Below, piece by piece: positions 22,609 to 31,413 of a DNA stretch of 35,728 bases. The translations under genes and the position numbers were made by a program. Within the stretch, counting starts at the first letter, position 1; each line of letters starts with the position of its first letter. Under the pieces are notes generated by a model, which did not search any database, was not told the DNA's origin, and saw nothing but the letters and a program-made list of their open reading frames with translations. The DNA comes from a virus, in the IMG/VR virus record IMGVR_UViG_3300045988_069534; one strand, written 5' to 3'.

Positions 22609-23469
22609 TTACGGCATAACATAGCGATTTTCAAAGTCAAAATTGACGTTCATGTAATCGCCGCCGCTGTCTGCTGTATAGTTGATGTAGTTTCTTCCTG
22701 TCTCCAGCTGTACATATCCTTCGTTGTCTTCGTCCACTGTGTAGTTATAGTCGTATTCTTTGCCGTTCCTTCTCAATACCACGTCAATGTTTCCCTGTTC
22801 CGTCGTGATCACGATTTCATCATCTGGAAGCATTGTGCAAAGCAGTTTCAGTGTTTCGCCTGTCGTTACATTCATAATGGACGGATTGACCACTGTGTCT
22901 TCTGCTATTATTGTCATTTGAATACCGATTGACGTTGTGCTGTCGTTGTCCACGACCTTGATTGTCTCTTTTGATCTACTACCGAATTCCATTCCTGTTT
23001 CCGGTATCTCTACTGCAAATTCAAAGCCGCTTTCCCAGCTTGCCATTTCAATGTGTGTCGCTGTGTTGTCTTTGAAGTACGGATCTGGACAGATCAGCGA
23101 TATTGTGGCTGCTCTTATGATCCCCGTTTCCTCAATTTCCAGCGATTCCACATAGTATTCTATTTTCCGTGTTTCTCCGTCCTCTGTGTGGTAGAAAACG
23201 CCTTGCGAATGTACCTTGAAAACCCGCGACAAAAAGTCGCGGTTTTCTCGGTAGTTTCTGCGAATATTTGCAGTTATCACAATATTTCGCTGTTGCAAGG
23301 CTTCCCCAGAATAGCTTGATCCGTCTGTGGTGGCGTTCTGGCTTGTGTTTACCGTGTTTTTGATGCTGTATACGCCGTCAAGGCTGACCAGAAAATATTC
23401 TGTTGAATCGTGATCGTATGTGAATACGGCTGAAAGTCCGTTTTCATTTACGCATTTTACTGATTTCAT
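22609..23469 (-). CDS. distal tail protein (Dit, siphovirus tail component)
   Basis: Lies immediately after the tape measure gene. 286 aa, beta-rich, Sipho_tail-like. RBS AAGGGGG. Confidence 0.8.
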   Translation of the reverse strand: MKSVKCVNENGLSAVFTYDHDSTEYFLVSLDGVYSIKNTVNTSQNATTDGSSYSGEALQQRNIVITANIRRNYRENRDFLSRVFKVHSQGVFYHTEDGETRKIEYYVESLEIEETGIIRAATISLICPDPYFKDNTATHIEMASWESGFEFAVEIPETGMEFGSRSKETIKVVDNDSTTSIGIQMTIIAEDTVVNPSIMNVTTGETLKLLCTMLPDDEIVITTEQGNIDVVLRRNGKEYDYNYTVDEDNEGYVQLETGRNYINYTADSGGDYMNVNFDFENRYVMP

Positions 23470-23483
23470 GCCTTGCCCCCTTT

Positions 23484-26288
23484 TTATGTGGGTTTTAATT
23501 TCAATACCATTTGTCGTGTCGCGTTCCGCGTCTGTCTGGCTGTTTCTGACGGTGAAAGTTCGCGTGGGCTGTATATGTTTACATTCTGTGTGAAGCCGCC
23601 CTGCTGCCCCTGCTGCGCTGTCTGGCGGTTGCTTCCGCTGCCTGCGGCAATATATCCGTCAATCGTTGTCGGTACGCTCTTTCTGGAAGCCTTGGCGAAC
23701 GCGTCCGCGTTGTCTTCCATACCTTCTTCATAACCGATCAGCTGACCAGCCGCCATCTGCTTTCCGACTTGATCCCGGAATACCCGTGACGGGCTGTGGA
23801 TCCCCAGCGCTTCTTTTGCTGCATCCAACGCGCTTTTTGCTGCATCTGCCACTGCACTTGCAAGGTTTTTCGCCGCATTCACTACACCGTCTTTGATGCC
23901 GGAAATGATATTTGATCCCAGTTCGCCCCAGTTTACATTCTTGAAGGTTGTAAATATTGCCGTCACAATCTGCGGTATTGCAGCGACAAGCACCGGGATT
24001 GCCTGTATCAGTCCGCTAATGAGCGCGCCGATCAGCTGTATTCCTGCTGATATAATCTGCGGCAGATTCTGGATCAGCACATTTATGATCGTTGTGATGA
24101 TCGTCGGCAGCATTGCGATCAGCTGCGGGATTGCCTGTATCAGACCATTAACAAGCGCCGTCAGTATCTGGACGCCAGCATCTAAGATCTGCGGCAGTGA
24201 CTGTATGATCACTGTAATAATTGTCGTGATGATCGTCGGTAGCATGTCCACCAGCTGCGGGATTGCCTGCACAATGCCTGTGATCAAAGAAACAAGCAGA
24301 TTCAGTCCTGCTTCTACGATCTGCGGCAGATTTTCTGCAATCGCCTGTACAATTACAGGGATCAGATCGACTATGGATTGTATAAGTGTTGGGATTGCTT
24401 GCGTGATACCATTTATCAGATTTACAAGGATCATTGCACCTTCACTGATAATGGATGGTAGATTTTGTGTGATTGTTGATGTTATCGTCGTGATCAGCTG
24501 CGGAAGAATTGCCGCAAGCTGTGGTATTGTCTGGTTTAGTCCTTGCAGTATGCCTGTGAATAGCGTTACTGCTGCGTTTAATACTTCCGGCAGTAGCTGT
24601 GGAAGCATTTCTATTGCCGTCTGGATCAATGTAAAAAAGCTGTTCGTCAACGGTTCGATCAGTGATTGTCCCAGCCCTTTTGCTTCGCCTGCAAGTTCCT
24701 TCGCTGCTCCAGATAACCCGGTGATCAGCTGTGGTACTGCTTGCAGGATCCGCGGTACTGCTGCCATGACGCGTGGCGCTATGTTGTCGATTACCGTTAC
24801 CACGGAATCAACCAATTCCCCCACCAACGCGTCAAGATCTGCGTTTTCGTCCGCAAGTCCTGTCTGTAGGTTCGTCCACGCCGCTTTCGCAGAAGCGATT
24901 GACCCTTGAATGGTTGTGGCTGCTTCTTTTGCTGTCGTTCCGGTGATTCCCATTTCCGTCTGTACGACGTGGATTGCGTCTACTATGTCGCCATACTGCG
25001 ATATATCGTATTTTACGCCGGAAATTTTCGTTGCATCATCCAGAAGACGCTGCATTTCTTCTTTTGTGCCGCCATACCCCAGCTTCAAATTGTCAAGCAT
25101 TGTGTAATTTGCTTTCGCAAAGCCAGAATATGCGTTTTTGATGGATTCAATGTCTGAACCCATCTTATTTGCGTTGTCTGACATGTCAGTGATTGCCATG
25201 TCTGCTTTTTCGGCGGCTGCTACGGTGTCGCCGTCAAGGCTCTGGATCAACGCTGCGGACATGCTCGTCACGGTTTCCATGTAGTCGTTCGCTGACATTC
25301 CCGCCGTCTTGTATGCCCCGTTTGCTTTTTCGATCACGGCTTCTTGTGCCTTGATCAAGTTGTTGTACTCGTCTTTTGCTTCTGTTGTTGTCTTTCCTAC
25401 GCCCTTTGCGTATTCTGATAGGCTTTGCCCGCCTGCTCCGAATAGTGTTTCCACACCGCCTACCAGCTGTTCATAGTCGCCGTAGTTTTCCACGGCTCCT
25501 TTTGTAATTGCCACCATGGCGGTTGCCGCTGCTGCTGAAAATGTCGTAAAAGCCTTGATCGTGCCGCCGACTGTTGTTGTCAGCACTGACCAGCCGCCCT
25601 TCGCTGCGGTAGTAGCTGCGCTTCCTGCTGCCTGCACTACCTGTGTTACGCTTGGCATTTTCCCTGCCAGATCGCCTGCTGCCGCTTTTGCTTTCCCGAA
25701 TGCGTCCGCAACTTTCTGCACTGCCGGGTGTGCGTTTTTGAAGGCTTCCACCTTCTGCCTTGCCCCGTCAACCGCAGTTCCGATTGTTTTTACAGTCTTG
25801 CTTTCCTTCACCGTCTCGGTGATCTTCTGCTTTGCATTTCCAAAAGCTGTCGTTAGCTTATTCACTCCGGGGATCTTCTGCGCTATGTTAGCAAGCGATT
25901 TCCCGAAGTTCTGCGCCCCGGTCTTCATTTTATCGAATGTACTGATCTGACTTTTTAGTGAATCCAGTTTCTGCGCTGTGGCTGCGATCTCTCGCTGCAA
26001 GTCTCTGTATGCGTCGTCGTTTACATCTTTTCCTGCTGCTGCCATCTGCTTTTCGGCTTCTGTCAGCAGTTTCATTTTTTCTTCCGTTTGCTGTACTGCC
26101 TGTTTCAAAAGCACTTGTTTTTGTTCCAGCAGTTCCGTGTTTTTGGGATCCAGCTTCAAAAGCGAATTGACGCCTTTTAGTTCTTTTTGCAGGCTGGCTG
26201 CTTCGGCGTTCGGCTTTTCAAGCGCTTTCACAAGGTTTTCAGTGCTTCCGTTTATCTCGACTGTGATCCCTTTCAGTGCCTTTCCCAT
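23484..26288 (-). CDS. tail tape measure protein
   Basis: About 934 aa, helical and Ala/Gln/Ile-rich with internal repeats. C-terminal SPSRVFRDQVGKQM pattern. ATG 26288 with GAGG 5 nt upstream is preferred over the ORF-track start at 26315. Confidence 0.92.
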   Translation of the reverse strand: MGKALKGITVEINGSTENLVKALEKPNAEAASLQKELKGVNSLLKLDPKNTELLEQKQVLLKQAVQQTEEKMKLLTEAEKQMAAAGKDVNDDAYRDLQREIAATAQKLDSLKSQISTFDKMKTGAQNFGKSLANIAQKIPGVNKLTTAFGNAKQKITETVKESKTVKTIGTAVDGARQKVEAFKNAHPAVQKVADAFGKAKAAAGDLAGKMPSVTQVVQAAGSAATTAAKGGWSVLTTTVGGTIKAFTTFSAAAATAMVAITKGAVENYGDYEQLVGGVETLFGAGGQSLSEYAKGVGKTTTEAKDEYNNLIKAQEAVIEKANGAYKTAGMSANDYMETVTSMSAALIQSLDGDTVAAAEKADMAITDMSDNANKMGSDIESIKNAYSGFAKANYTMLDNLKLGYGGTKEEMQRLLDDATKISGVKYDISQYGDIVDAIHVVQTEMGITGTTAKEAATTIQGSIASAKAAWTNLQTGLADENADLDALVGELVDSVVTVIDNIAPRVMAAVPRILQAVPQLITGLSGAAKELAGEAKGLGQSLIEPLTNSFFTLIQTAIEMLPQLLPEVLNAAVTLFTGILQGLNQTIPQLAAILPQLITTITSTITQNLPSIISEGAMILVNLINGITQAIPTLIQSIVDLIPVIVQAIAENLPQIVEAGLNLLVSLITGIVQAIPQLVDMLPTIITTIITVIIQSLPQILDAGVQILTALVNGLIQAIPQLIAMLPTIITTIINVLIQNLPQIISAGIQLIGALISGLIQAIPVLVAAIPQIVTAIFTTFKNVNWGELGSNIISGIKDGVVNAAKNLASAVADAAKSALDAAKEALGIHSPSRVFRDQVGKQMAAGQLIGYEEGMEDNADAFAKASRKSVPTTIDGYIAAGSGSNRQTAQQGQQGGFTQNVNIYSPRELSPSETARQTRNATRQMVLKLKPT
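23946..24623 (-). repeat. about five tandem 132-bp (44-aa) repeats inside the tape measure gene
   Basis: AIP(Q/T/V)L recurs at residues 597, 641, 685, 729 and 773 of the ORF-track protein, exactly 44 aa apart. cagctgcggg recurs at 24120 and 24252. Confidence 0.85.
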
Positions 26289-26289
26289 T

Positions 26290-26930
26290 TTACCTCGGCT
26301 TTCCGAAAAGATCACGCAGCCGCTTTCTGTCTGGCTCTGTCTGCATCAGTGTTCTTGCGTTCTCCAGATACTCGCGCCCCTCTTCCGAATGATTGCACGA
26401 ATGTATAAAAGCGTCCCGCCTGTACTGCAAATAGTCGATATACTCCAGTTCTTCAATTTCATTCATATTCAGTCCTGTGTACTCATGTACTAAATGTTCC
26501 CAGTACGTCGGGATTTCAAAGAAGTCTTCTTCATCCGTCGGATAGAAGGGCGGGTTTAGTTTGGGTCTGTGTCCGGGATCTTTACGAAACGCACATACTG
26601 TGCGAAGAATGCTTTCATGTCCTCAATGTCCATGTTTTCTTCTACCCAGTCTTTGCTGATCGCTTCGCCATTCAGATTGTTGGAAAGAATCTTTGCAGTC
26701 AGTGTGTACAATTCTTCTATTGTACGCCTGTTTGCTCCGCTTCTTTCCTTTGCGTTCTGCGCTTCTTCTCTTTCTGTGATCGTGTCCTGCATGTCCATAA
26801 GTGCGTCAAAAACCTTCTTTTTCGGCATTCCGACGACAATTACCTTGACGCCCTTTTCGCTTTTGGGATCATCAAAGGTCAATGTCATGTAGTTACGCTT
26901 TACTTTTTGAAAATTTACTGATAAATCCAT
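26290..26930 (-). CDS. tail assembly chaperone G-T fusion via -1 programmed frameshift
   Basis: The -1 frame stays open for 89 codons, from the slippery site to TAA at 26290..26292, just before the tape measure ATG. It encodes LNPPFYPTDEEDFFEIPTYWEHLVHEYTGL... Confidence 0.7.
26556..26930 (-). CDS. tail assembly chaperone (gpG-like, 124 aa)
   Basis: Lies between the major tail and tape measure genes. Acidic. RBS AAAGGAAGGAAAG. Confidence 0.8.
   Translation of the reverse strand: MDLSVNFQKVKRNYMTLTFDDPKSEKGVKVIVVGMPKKKVFDALMDMQDTITEREEAQNAKERSGANRRTIEELYTLTAKILSNNLNGEAISKDWVEENMDIEDMKAFFAQYVRFVKIPDTDPN
26559..26565 (-). promoter_or_regulatory. -1 slippery heptamer C CCA AAC immediately before the gpG stop
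   Basis: The minus strand reads ACA GAC CCA AAC TAA, matching X XXY YYZ = C CCA AAC. Confidence 0.75.
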
Positions 26931-26953
26931 TCTGCTTTCCTTCCTTTCGATTC

Positions 26954-26981
26954 TGCGGGGCTATGTATCACATGCCCCGCA
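26954..26981 (-). promoter_or_regulatory. stem-loop after the major tail gene (partial terminator or mRNA stabiliser candidate)
   Basis: 8-bp GC-rich stem TGCGGGGC / GCCCCGCA with a 12-nt loop. No U-run on the minus strand. Confidence 0.4.
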
Positions 26982-26993
26982 TTTCCTTGATTG

Positions 26994-27716
26994 TTAGCCT
27001 TTTGCTGCTGTCTGTGCTGCCAGAAATTCTGTGATGATTTCGGCTTTTGTTGTCTTTGTGATCGTGTAGCCTTTCGCTGCTGCAATGGTCTTGATCTGAT
27101 CTACGGTCAGCGCGTTCAATTCCTCGCTTGTGTATTCGTTCTGGTACTCTTCTTCGTACTCTTCGACAAATTCAATCAGCGTTCCGCGGCTGTCGTGCGG
27201 CTTGCAGTTGAATTCTGCGTCAATTACTGTCGCTGAATCCGCAGCAAAAGTGATGGTGAATCCTGCTGTATTTCTTCCGACGATCAGCAAATAGCAGTTT
27301 CCTTCCACCGGATCTTCATGTACAAACAAGATCACATACTGCTTGCCGTCGTCGTTGGCTGTGCCGCCGACCTTCAAGCGTCTGTACTTCTTGCCGTTTT
27401 CTCCATCCTCTGTGGTTACGACTGCCGTTGCGGACAGCTTCGCCAGTGAATTTGCATTCCATGTGAAAAGACCTGTCTTGAAGGTTGCTTCTTCGTCCGT
27501 CAAGATCTCTTTTACGACCATCCCCAGATCGTCTTTTTCTGTTGTCATTGTGGGCTTATACTCCACGCTTGCGCCGTTCTTGATCCATCCGGTGTGGTTT
27601 TCTTCTGTCATTACTTTTTTCAGAATCTCTGTGAATGTCTCCGGCAATGTTCCTGTGTATAACATTGTGTACACTTTGCCGGATCCCAGCACAACTTTTT
27701 CCTTTGATCCTTTCAT
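26994..27716 (-). CDS. major tail protein with C-terminal HeH/Rho_N-like helical domain
   Basis: Position, size (240 aa) and beta-rich body fit a major tail protein. The last ~45 aa (SEELNALTVDQIKTIAAAKGYTITKTTKAEIITEFLAAQTAAKG) are homologous to the capsid protein C-terminus. Confidence 0.8.
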   Translation of the reverse strand: MKGSKEKVVLGSGKVYTMLYTGTLPETFTEILKKVMTEENHTGWIKNGASVEYKPTMTTEKDDLGMVVKEILTDEEATFKTGLFTWNANSLAKLSATAVVTTEDGENGKKYRRLKVGGTANDDGKQYVILFVHEDPVEGNCYLLIVGRNTAGFTITFAADSATVIDAEFNCKPHDSRGTLIEFVEEYEEEYQNEYTSEELNALTVDQIKTIAAAKGYTITKTTKAEIITEFLAAQTAAKG

Positions 27717-27721
27717 GCCTT

Positions 27722-28039
27722 TTACCTCTTTTCTATAAAATTCATAGTGAAAATTGTTTCAAACATTTTTTCATCTGGAAGCCACTGTCTTTCCTTCTCA
27801 AATTTCCAGTTCATCTTTTCAAAGGCTTTTTCCAGCTTCCCTTCGTTTTCGTTGTCCAGTCTTTCTGCGTAAAATTCTACTGTCAGATTGTGTTCGACGG
27901 TCCGGGCGTGGAAGTCGTCGCCGTCCTGTGCCGTCTTGTCTATGAACGCCACAAAAGGTAGCTTCTGTGGTCTATCAAACGCCGTGTCTGCTACTGGCAG
28001 TTCTGTTTCTGTCTCCAGATATGTTTTGATGTCTGTCAT
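27722..28039 (-). CDS. tail terminator / tail completion-like protein (105 aa)
   Basis: Last gene before the major tail protein. ATG 28039 forms an ATGA overlap with the upstream stop. RBS AAAGGA. Confidence 0.55.
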   Translation of the reverse strand: MTDIKTYLETETELPVADTAFDRPQKLPFVAFIDKTAQDGDDFHARTVEHNLTVEFYAERLDNENEGKLEKAFEKMNWKFEKERQWLPDEKMFETIFTMNFIEKR

Positions 28040-28443
28040 TCCCACAGTCCTTTCATTTTTTCGTCAAGCACCTGTTCTGCGATCTGTCTCCCGTATTTGA
28101 TATGCTTTACGGCTTTTGTTCGCTTTGTTCCGTCGCGTGTCAAGTGTCCATTTTCCAGCAAATGTGTCAGCCTGTAGTGTGGCGCTTCCACATGCCATGT
28201 GGCACTGTAGCTGTGTCGCCCTGTCAGCTGCCGTTCTATTGCAAAATGTCGCTTGTACTCGCCTGTTTTGTAACCATGCCCCGGTGTCAGATATTGTCCC
28301 GCCGTTTCGTTGCATGCGTCGGCTGCGTCGTCAATCGCCCGGAAGAATCTTTCTTCGTTCTCCCGCTCCCATTCCAGCAGACTTTCTGCAAGCGTTCCGG
28401 TCAGCTGATCTGGTCTGATTTTCTTTGTCGCGCCTACGTTCAT
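28036..28443 (-). CDS. HK97 gp10-family head-tail joining protein
   Basis: Position and the pattern (TGEYKRHFAIERQ...ATWHVEAPHYRLTHLLENGH) fit HK97 gp10-like proteins. Confidence 0.7.
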   Translation of the reverse strand: MNVGATKKIRPDQLTGTLAESLLEWERENEERFFRAIDDAADACNETAGQYLTPGHGYKTGEYKRHFAIERQLTGRHSYSATWHVEAPHYRLTHLLENGHLTRDGTKRTKAVKHIKYGRQIAEQVLDEKMKGLWE

Positions 28444-28775
28444 GCAAAATCCTTTCGTCTGTGTTTTTCATACTCTATCAAGGACAATTTTGTGATCGGT
28501 GGCATGGCATCGTTGATCTGATCGACTTTTTCTATGTCGAATTGATCTTCACCGATCACAGCGACTTCATGCGCTTTCAGATCCTTTCGCTGCTGAACAT
28601 GGATCACTTTGTCAACCCGTGTGTCTGCTGCCTGTGCTGCATAATGCCGTTTCATACTGACGTTTTCTTCTCCGAATCGCAGTGGCTTTTCGTATTTATC
28701 CACCAGAAGTCCGTCATTGTTCACAGTGCATATTCTGGCGGTTCCGTCGTTGAATTCCTCAAACTTTGCTTTCAT
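28440..28775 (-). CDS. head closure / head-tail adaptor protein
   Basis: Position and a pattern typical of head-closure proteins. ATG 28775 with a GGGG-containing RBS. ATGA coupling to the next gene. Confidence 0.7.
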   Translation of the reverse strand: MKAKFEEFNDGTARICTVNNDGLLVDKYEKPLRFGEENVSMKRHYAAQAADTRVDKVIHVQQRKDLKAHEVAVIGEDQFDIEKVDQINDAMPPITKLSLIEYEKHRRKDFA

Positions 28776-29091
28776 TTTCTGCCCCGCTTTCCAGCGTTGC
28801 CAGTGCTTCGTCAAGTGCAAAGCCTGTCAGCTGTGACGAAAAATCATGTTCAAACTGTTCTATGGCGTTGCTGCGTCCATATCTACAATACGAAAAAAGC
28901 AATTCACGCGCCTGCTGATTCTCTGCAAAATCAAGCTGTTTGCCACCGATCTTCTCGATCCGGGCTTTTCCGCGCTGCATGATGTCTTTTATCTTTTTCT
29001 GCATGCTTTCGTCAGCCAGCGTCATGTCCAGTTCATTCAGAATATCTTCAAGCAGCTGTTCGTCTGGCGTTTTTGTTGTTTCTTCTGCCAT
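28759..29091 (-). CDS. gp6-like head-tail connector protein
   Basis: First gene after the capsid gene. ARELLFSYCRYGRSNAIEQFE matches the Phage_connect_1-like pattern. ATG 29091 with GAAAGGCGGTG upstream. Confidence 0.7.
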   Translation of the reverse strand: MAEETTKTPDEQLLEDILNELDMTLADESMQKKIKDIMQRGKARIEKIGGKQLDFAENQQARELLFSYCRYGRSNAIEQFEHDFSSQLTGFALDEALATLESGAENESKV

Positions 29092-29113
29092 GCTGCACCG
29101 CCTTTCAATTACA

Positions 29114-29140
29114 GGCAGCAAGGTTTTTCACCCTGCTGCC
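29114..29140 (-). promoter_or_regulatory. stem-loop after the major capsid gene
   Basis: 7-bp stem GGCAGCA / TGCTGCC with a 13-nt loop, between the capsid stop (29153) and the connector start. Confidence 0.35.
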
Positions 29141-29152
29141 TTTGCTTATCCC

Positions 29153-30493
29153 TTACGCCGTAGCTGCGGTCTGTGCTGCTAAGAATTCCGCGATCACTTC
29201 TGACTTTGTAGTCTTTGTGATTGCGTAGCCCTTATATGCTGCCAGTCCCTTGATCTTCTCCACGGTCATTGCGTTCAGTTCTTCTTCCGTCCATGTGGTC
29301 TTTTCTACTTCCACGGTGTCGGTTCCCGTCACCACGGTGTATGCCGCAGGCTGTAACTCGTTAATGTCAAGCAGCAAGAATGAGCTGTTGTCCTTCGGGC
29401 GACCATTGCCGTACAGGAACGCTGCGTATACTCTTTCACGTTTCAAAAACCGCACGCTGTCGTCGTACTCGATAGTACCTTCTTTTCCAGTTCCGATTCC
29501 TGCAAAATACTGTTCTGCAATTCCCAGAATTGCTTCACCCTTTGTCAGCGCTTCTGTCTGAATGATTTCTGTCGGGTACGGCAGGACATTGTTTGCGAAT
29601 GTTCCGTCCGGGCGCTGCACCGTTGTTGCGGGCATTACTTTTTTCCAGTAATCTTCCGGGCTTACCAGCATGATCAGTGATGCAACCGTTCTGGGGCGAC
29701 CGTTTCTTGTCACTGCTAATTTGCCAACCAGCCCGCCGTATGCTTCCGGTGTAAACTTTTTGACTTTGATCGCAGTCTTTTTCACGTAGCTTTCGCCGTC
29801 TCCGTGTGCCGCTTCAATGTCTCTGTTCATTCCGATAGGCATTTTCACGCCTGTTCCGCAGACGATACCTTCTTCCAGACCGACGTAGATCGCATCTTTC
29901 AGCACTTCGCGCACGTAGCTGTCTAACCATGTTGCGCCCAGATCCAGCATGGACTTTGCAACCGGAAGAAATGCGGTCAAGCTGTACATTAACATGTCCA
30001 GCTTCTCGAAGGATCCTTCCAGTTCCTTTGTAATCTCCGCTGTAATGTCGCCCCAGATCGCTTTCTGCTTTCCGTTTTTGTTCATGATCCATTCTGTGAT
30101 GTAGGATGTGTTCTCGAAGTCGATTTTCGCAAGAAGCGGGTGTTCCAGCTTCAAGCTGTCGTATACGTCTTCAAAAACTGTCTTCGGCATTGTCACGTCA
30201 AGGGACGCAAGCGCCTGTTTCGGGTTCTCGGACTTCATGGCGCCGATCACCGCTTCATAATACTTCTTTTCCTCGCTGGTCAGCTGGCGAAGTCCGCGCG
30301 CTGCCATTGCCTGTGCGTCCAGCTGCTCGACTGCTGCCACATCTTTTGCACGCTGTAAGATCTCTTCCTCGATTCCTGCTGCCATTTCTGCCATTGCCTG
30401 TGCCACCTGTTCGGTGTCTTCGGTTTTCAATGCTTCATTGAATTTCTGCGCCAGCTGCTCGCGTGACAGCTGTTCAATGTCTTTGTTTTTCAT
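29153..30493 (-). CDS. HK97-family major capsid protein with N-terminal delta-like coiled coil and C-terminal HeH/Rho_N-like domain
   Basis: Follows the ClpP-type protease. 446 aa. The last ~47 aa (TEEELNAMTVEKIKGLAAYKGYAITKTTKSEVIAEFLAAQTAATA) are homologous to the major tail protein C-terminus. Confidence 0.9.
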   Translation of the reverse strand: MKNKDIEQLSREQLAQKFNEALKTEDTEQVAQAMAEMAAGIEEEILQRAKDVAAVEQLDAQAMAARGLRQLTSEEKKYYEAVIGAMKSENPKQALASLDVTMPKTVFEDVYDSLKLEHPLLAKIDFENTSYITEWIMNKNGKQKAIWGDITAEITKELEGSFEKLDMLMYSLTAFLPVAKSMLDLGATWLDSYVREVLKDAIYVGLEEGIVCGTGVKMPIGMNRDIEAAHGDGESYVKKTAIKVKKFTPEAYGGLVGKLAVTRNGRPRTVASLIMLVSPEDYWKKVMPATTVQRPDGTFANNVLPYPTEIIQTEALTKGEAILGIAEQYFAGIGTGKEGTIEYDDSVRFLKRERVYAAFLYGNGRPKDNSSFLLLDINELQPAAYTVVTGTDTVEVEKTTWTEEELNAMTVEKIKGLAAYKGYAITKTTKSEVIAEFLAAQTAATA

Positions 30494-30498
30494 GCCTT

Positions 30499-31410
30499 TT
30501 ACCTCTTTTCCAGATTTTTTGCGGCTGCTTTTGCTAATAAAGCCGCCATTTTATTTGTAGACTGCTTCGGATCAGAATTGTTTTTCTGATTCTTTTTATC
30601 GTCGTTGTTGTCTTCGTCGTCGTTGTCCTCGCTGTTATCCTCGTCGGATCCGTCGCTTGCTTCGTCGTCTTCGTCCTCGTCCTCTGTGCTGTCCTCGTTT
30701 TTCTTGCTTGCCTGCTTGCAAAATTCAAGCATCTGTGTATTGATTGCTTTCTGGTTCAGCATTTCAGTTCGCAGCTGCAAAAGCTGTGTCTGTAGCTGCT
30801 GCATGACCGTTCCGGCTTCTTCTCCGGCTTTGCTTGATACTTCGTCTGCGAAGCCCTGTTCTACCGCCTGTTCTGCTGTCAGATACGTTTCAACATCCAT
30901 CATGCTTTCCAGTTCTTCTTCTGTGATGTTCACGCGCTCCATGTAAATTTTTCTGTTTCCTTCCATGAGCGTGTCCAGATCGTCTGCTGCTTTCCGCAGC
31001 TGATCTGCATTCCCGGAAACCGTCGTCCACATGTTGTGGATCAAAAGGCTGGTTCCCAGCCCCATGACGCGTCGATCTGCTGCCTGCAAAATCACAGAAG
31101 CGACCGACCATGCGAACCCGTCAACGTATGCTACAAGTTCTTTGCATTTCTTCTGTTTCAGAAGGTTGTAAATTGTCACTCCTTCGCCTACGTCGCCGCC
31201 ATTTGAATTGATGTGTACTTCTATGACGTCCGTTTCCGGTATCTCTTCCAGAACCTTTCTGAAATGCTGTGCGCTTGTTTCGCTTTCGCTGTAGTTCCAC
31301 GTCCACCAGTCAAAGTCGCCGTACTTTGTCACATCATCATAAATGTACAGCTTATGTACATTGCTTCCTGCTTCCTGTCGCAAGCTATAATGTGCTTTCT
31401 GATTCTTCAA
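30499..31410 (-). CDS. ClpP-family prohead protease with C-terminal coiled-coil and poly-acidic extension
   Basis: INSNGGDVGEG...YVDGFAWSVASV...LLIHNMW gives a ClpP-like Ser/His arrangement. TTG start 8 nt after GGGGGTG. Acidic tract at residues 238-271 (30598..30699). Confidence 0.88.
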   Translation of the reverse strand: MKNQKAHYSLRQEAGSNVHKLYIYDDVTKYGDFDWWTWNYSESETSAQHFRKVLEEIPETDVIEVHINSNGGDVGEGVTIYNLLKQKKCKELVAYVDGFAWSVASVILQAADRRVMGLGTSLLIHNMWTTVSGNADQLRKAADDLDTLMEGNRKIYMERVNITEEELESMMDVETYLTAEQAVEQGFADEVSSKAGEEAGTVMQQLQTQLLQLRTEMLNQKAINTQMLEFCKQASKKNEDSTEDEDEDDEASDGSDEDNSEDNDDEDNNDDKKNQKNNSDPKQSTNKMAALLAKAAAKNLEKR

Positions 31411-31413
31411 ACC

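Noticed and set aside
23946-24623. Regular 132-bp repeats as a possible CRISPR array or satellite
   Set aside because: The repeats are in frame, imperfect and have no unique spacers. They encode a continuous helical segment of the tape measure protein.
23893-24909. 338-aa plus-strand ORF, and other long plus-strand ORFs across 15.5-35.5 kb
   Set aside because: It is antisense to the strongly supported tape measure gene. Its composition is Cys/Ser/Ile-rich and low-complexity, it has no RBS, and its repeat periodicity simply mirrors the TMP repeats. The same reasoning applies to 17222..17881, 20417..21094, 25978..26493, 35017..35469 and similar ORFs.
26994-27134. MTP/MCP C-terminal repeat pair (with 29153..29296) as the missing DGR TR/VR
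   Set aside because: Nucleotide identity is only moderate, and the differences run in all directions (C/T, G/A, synonymous changes). They are not confined to adenines of one copy. Both copies are in frame and encode a conserved domain.
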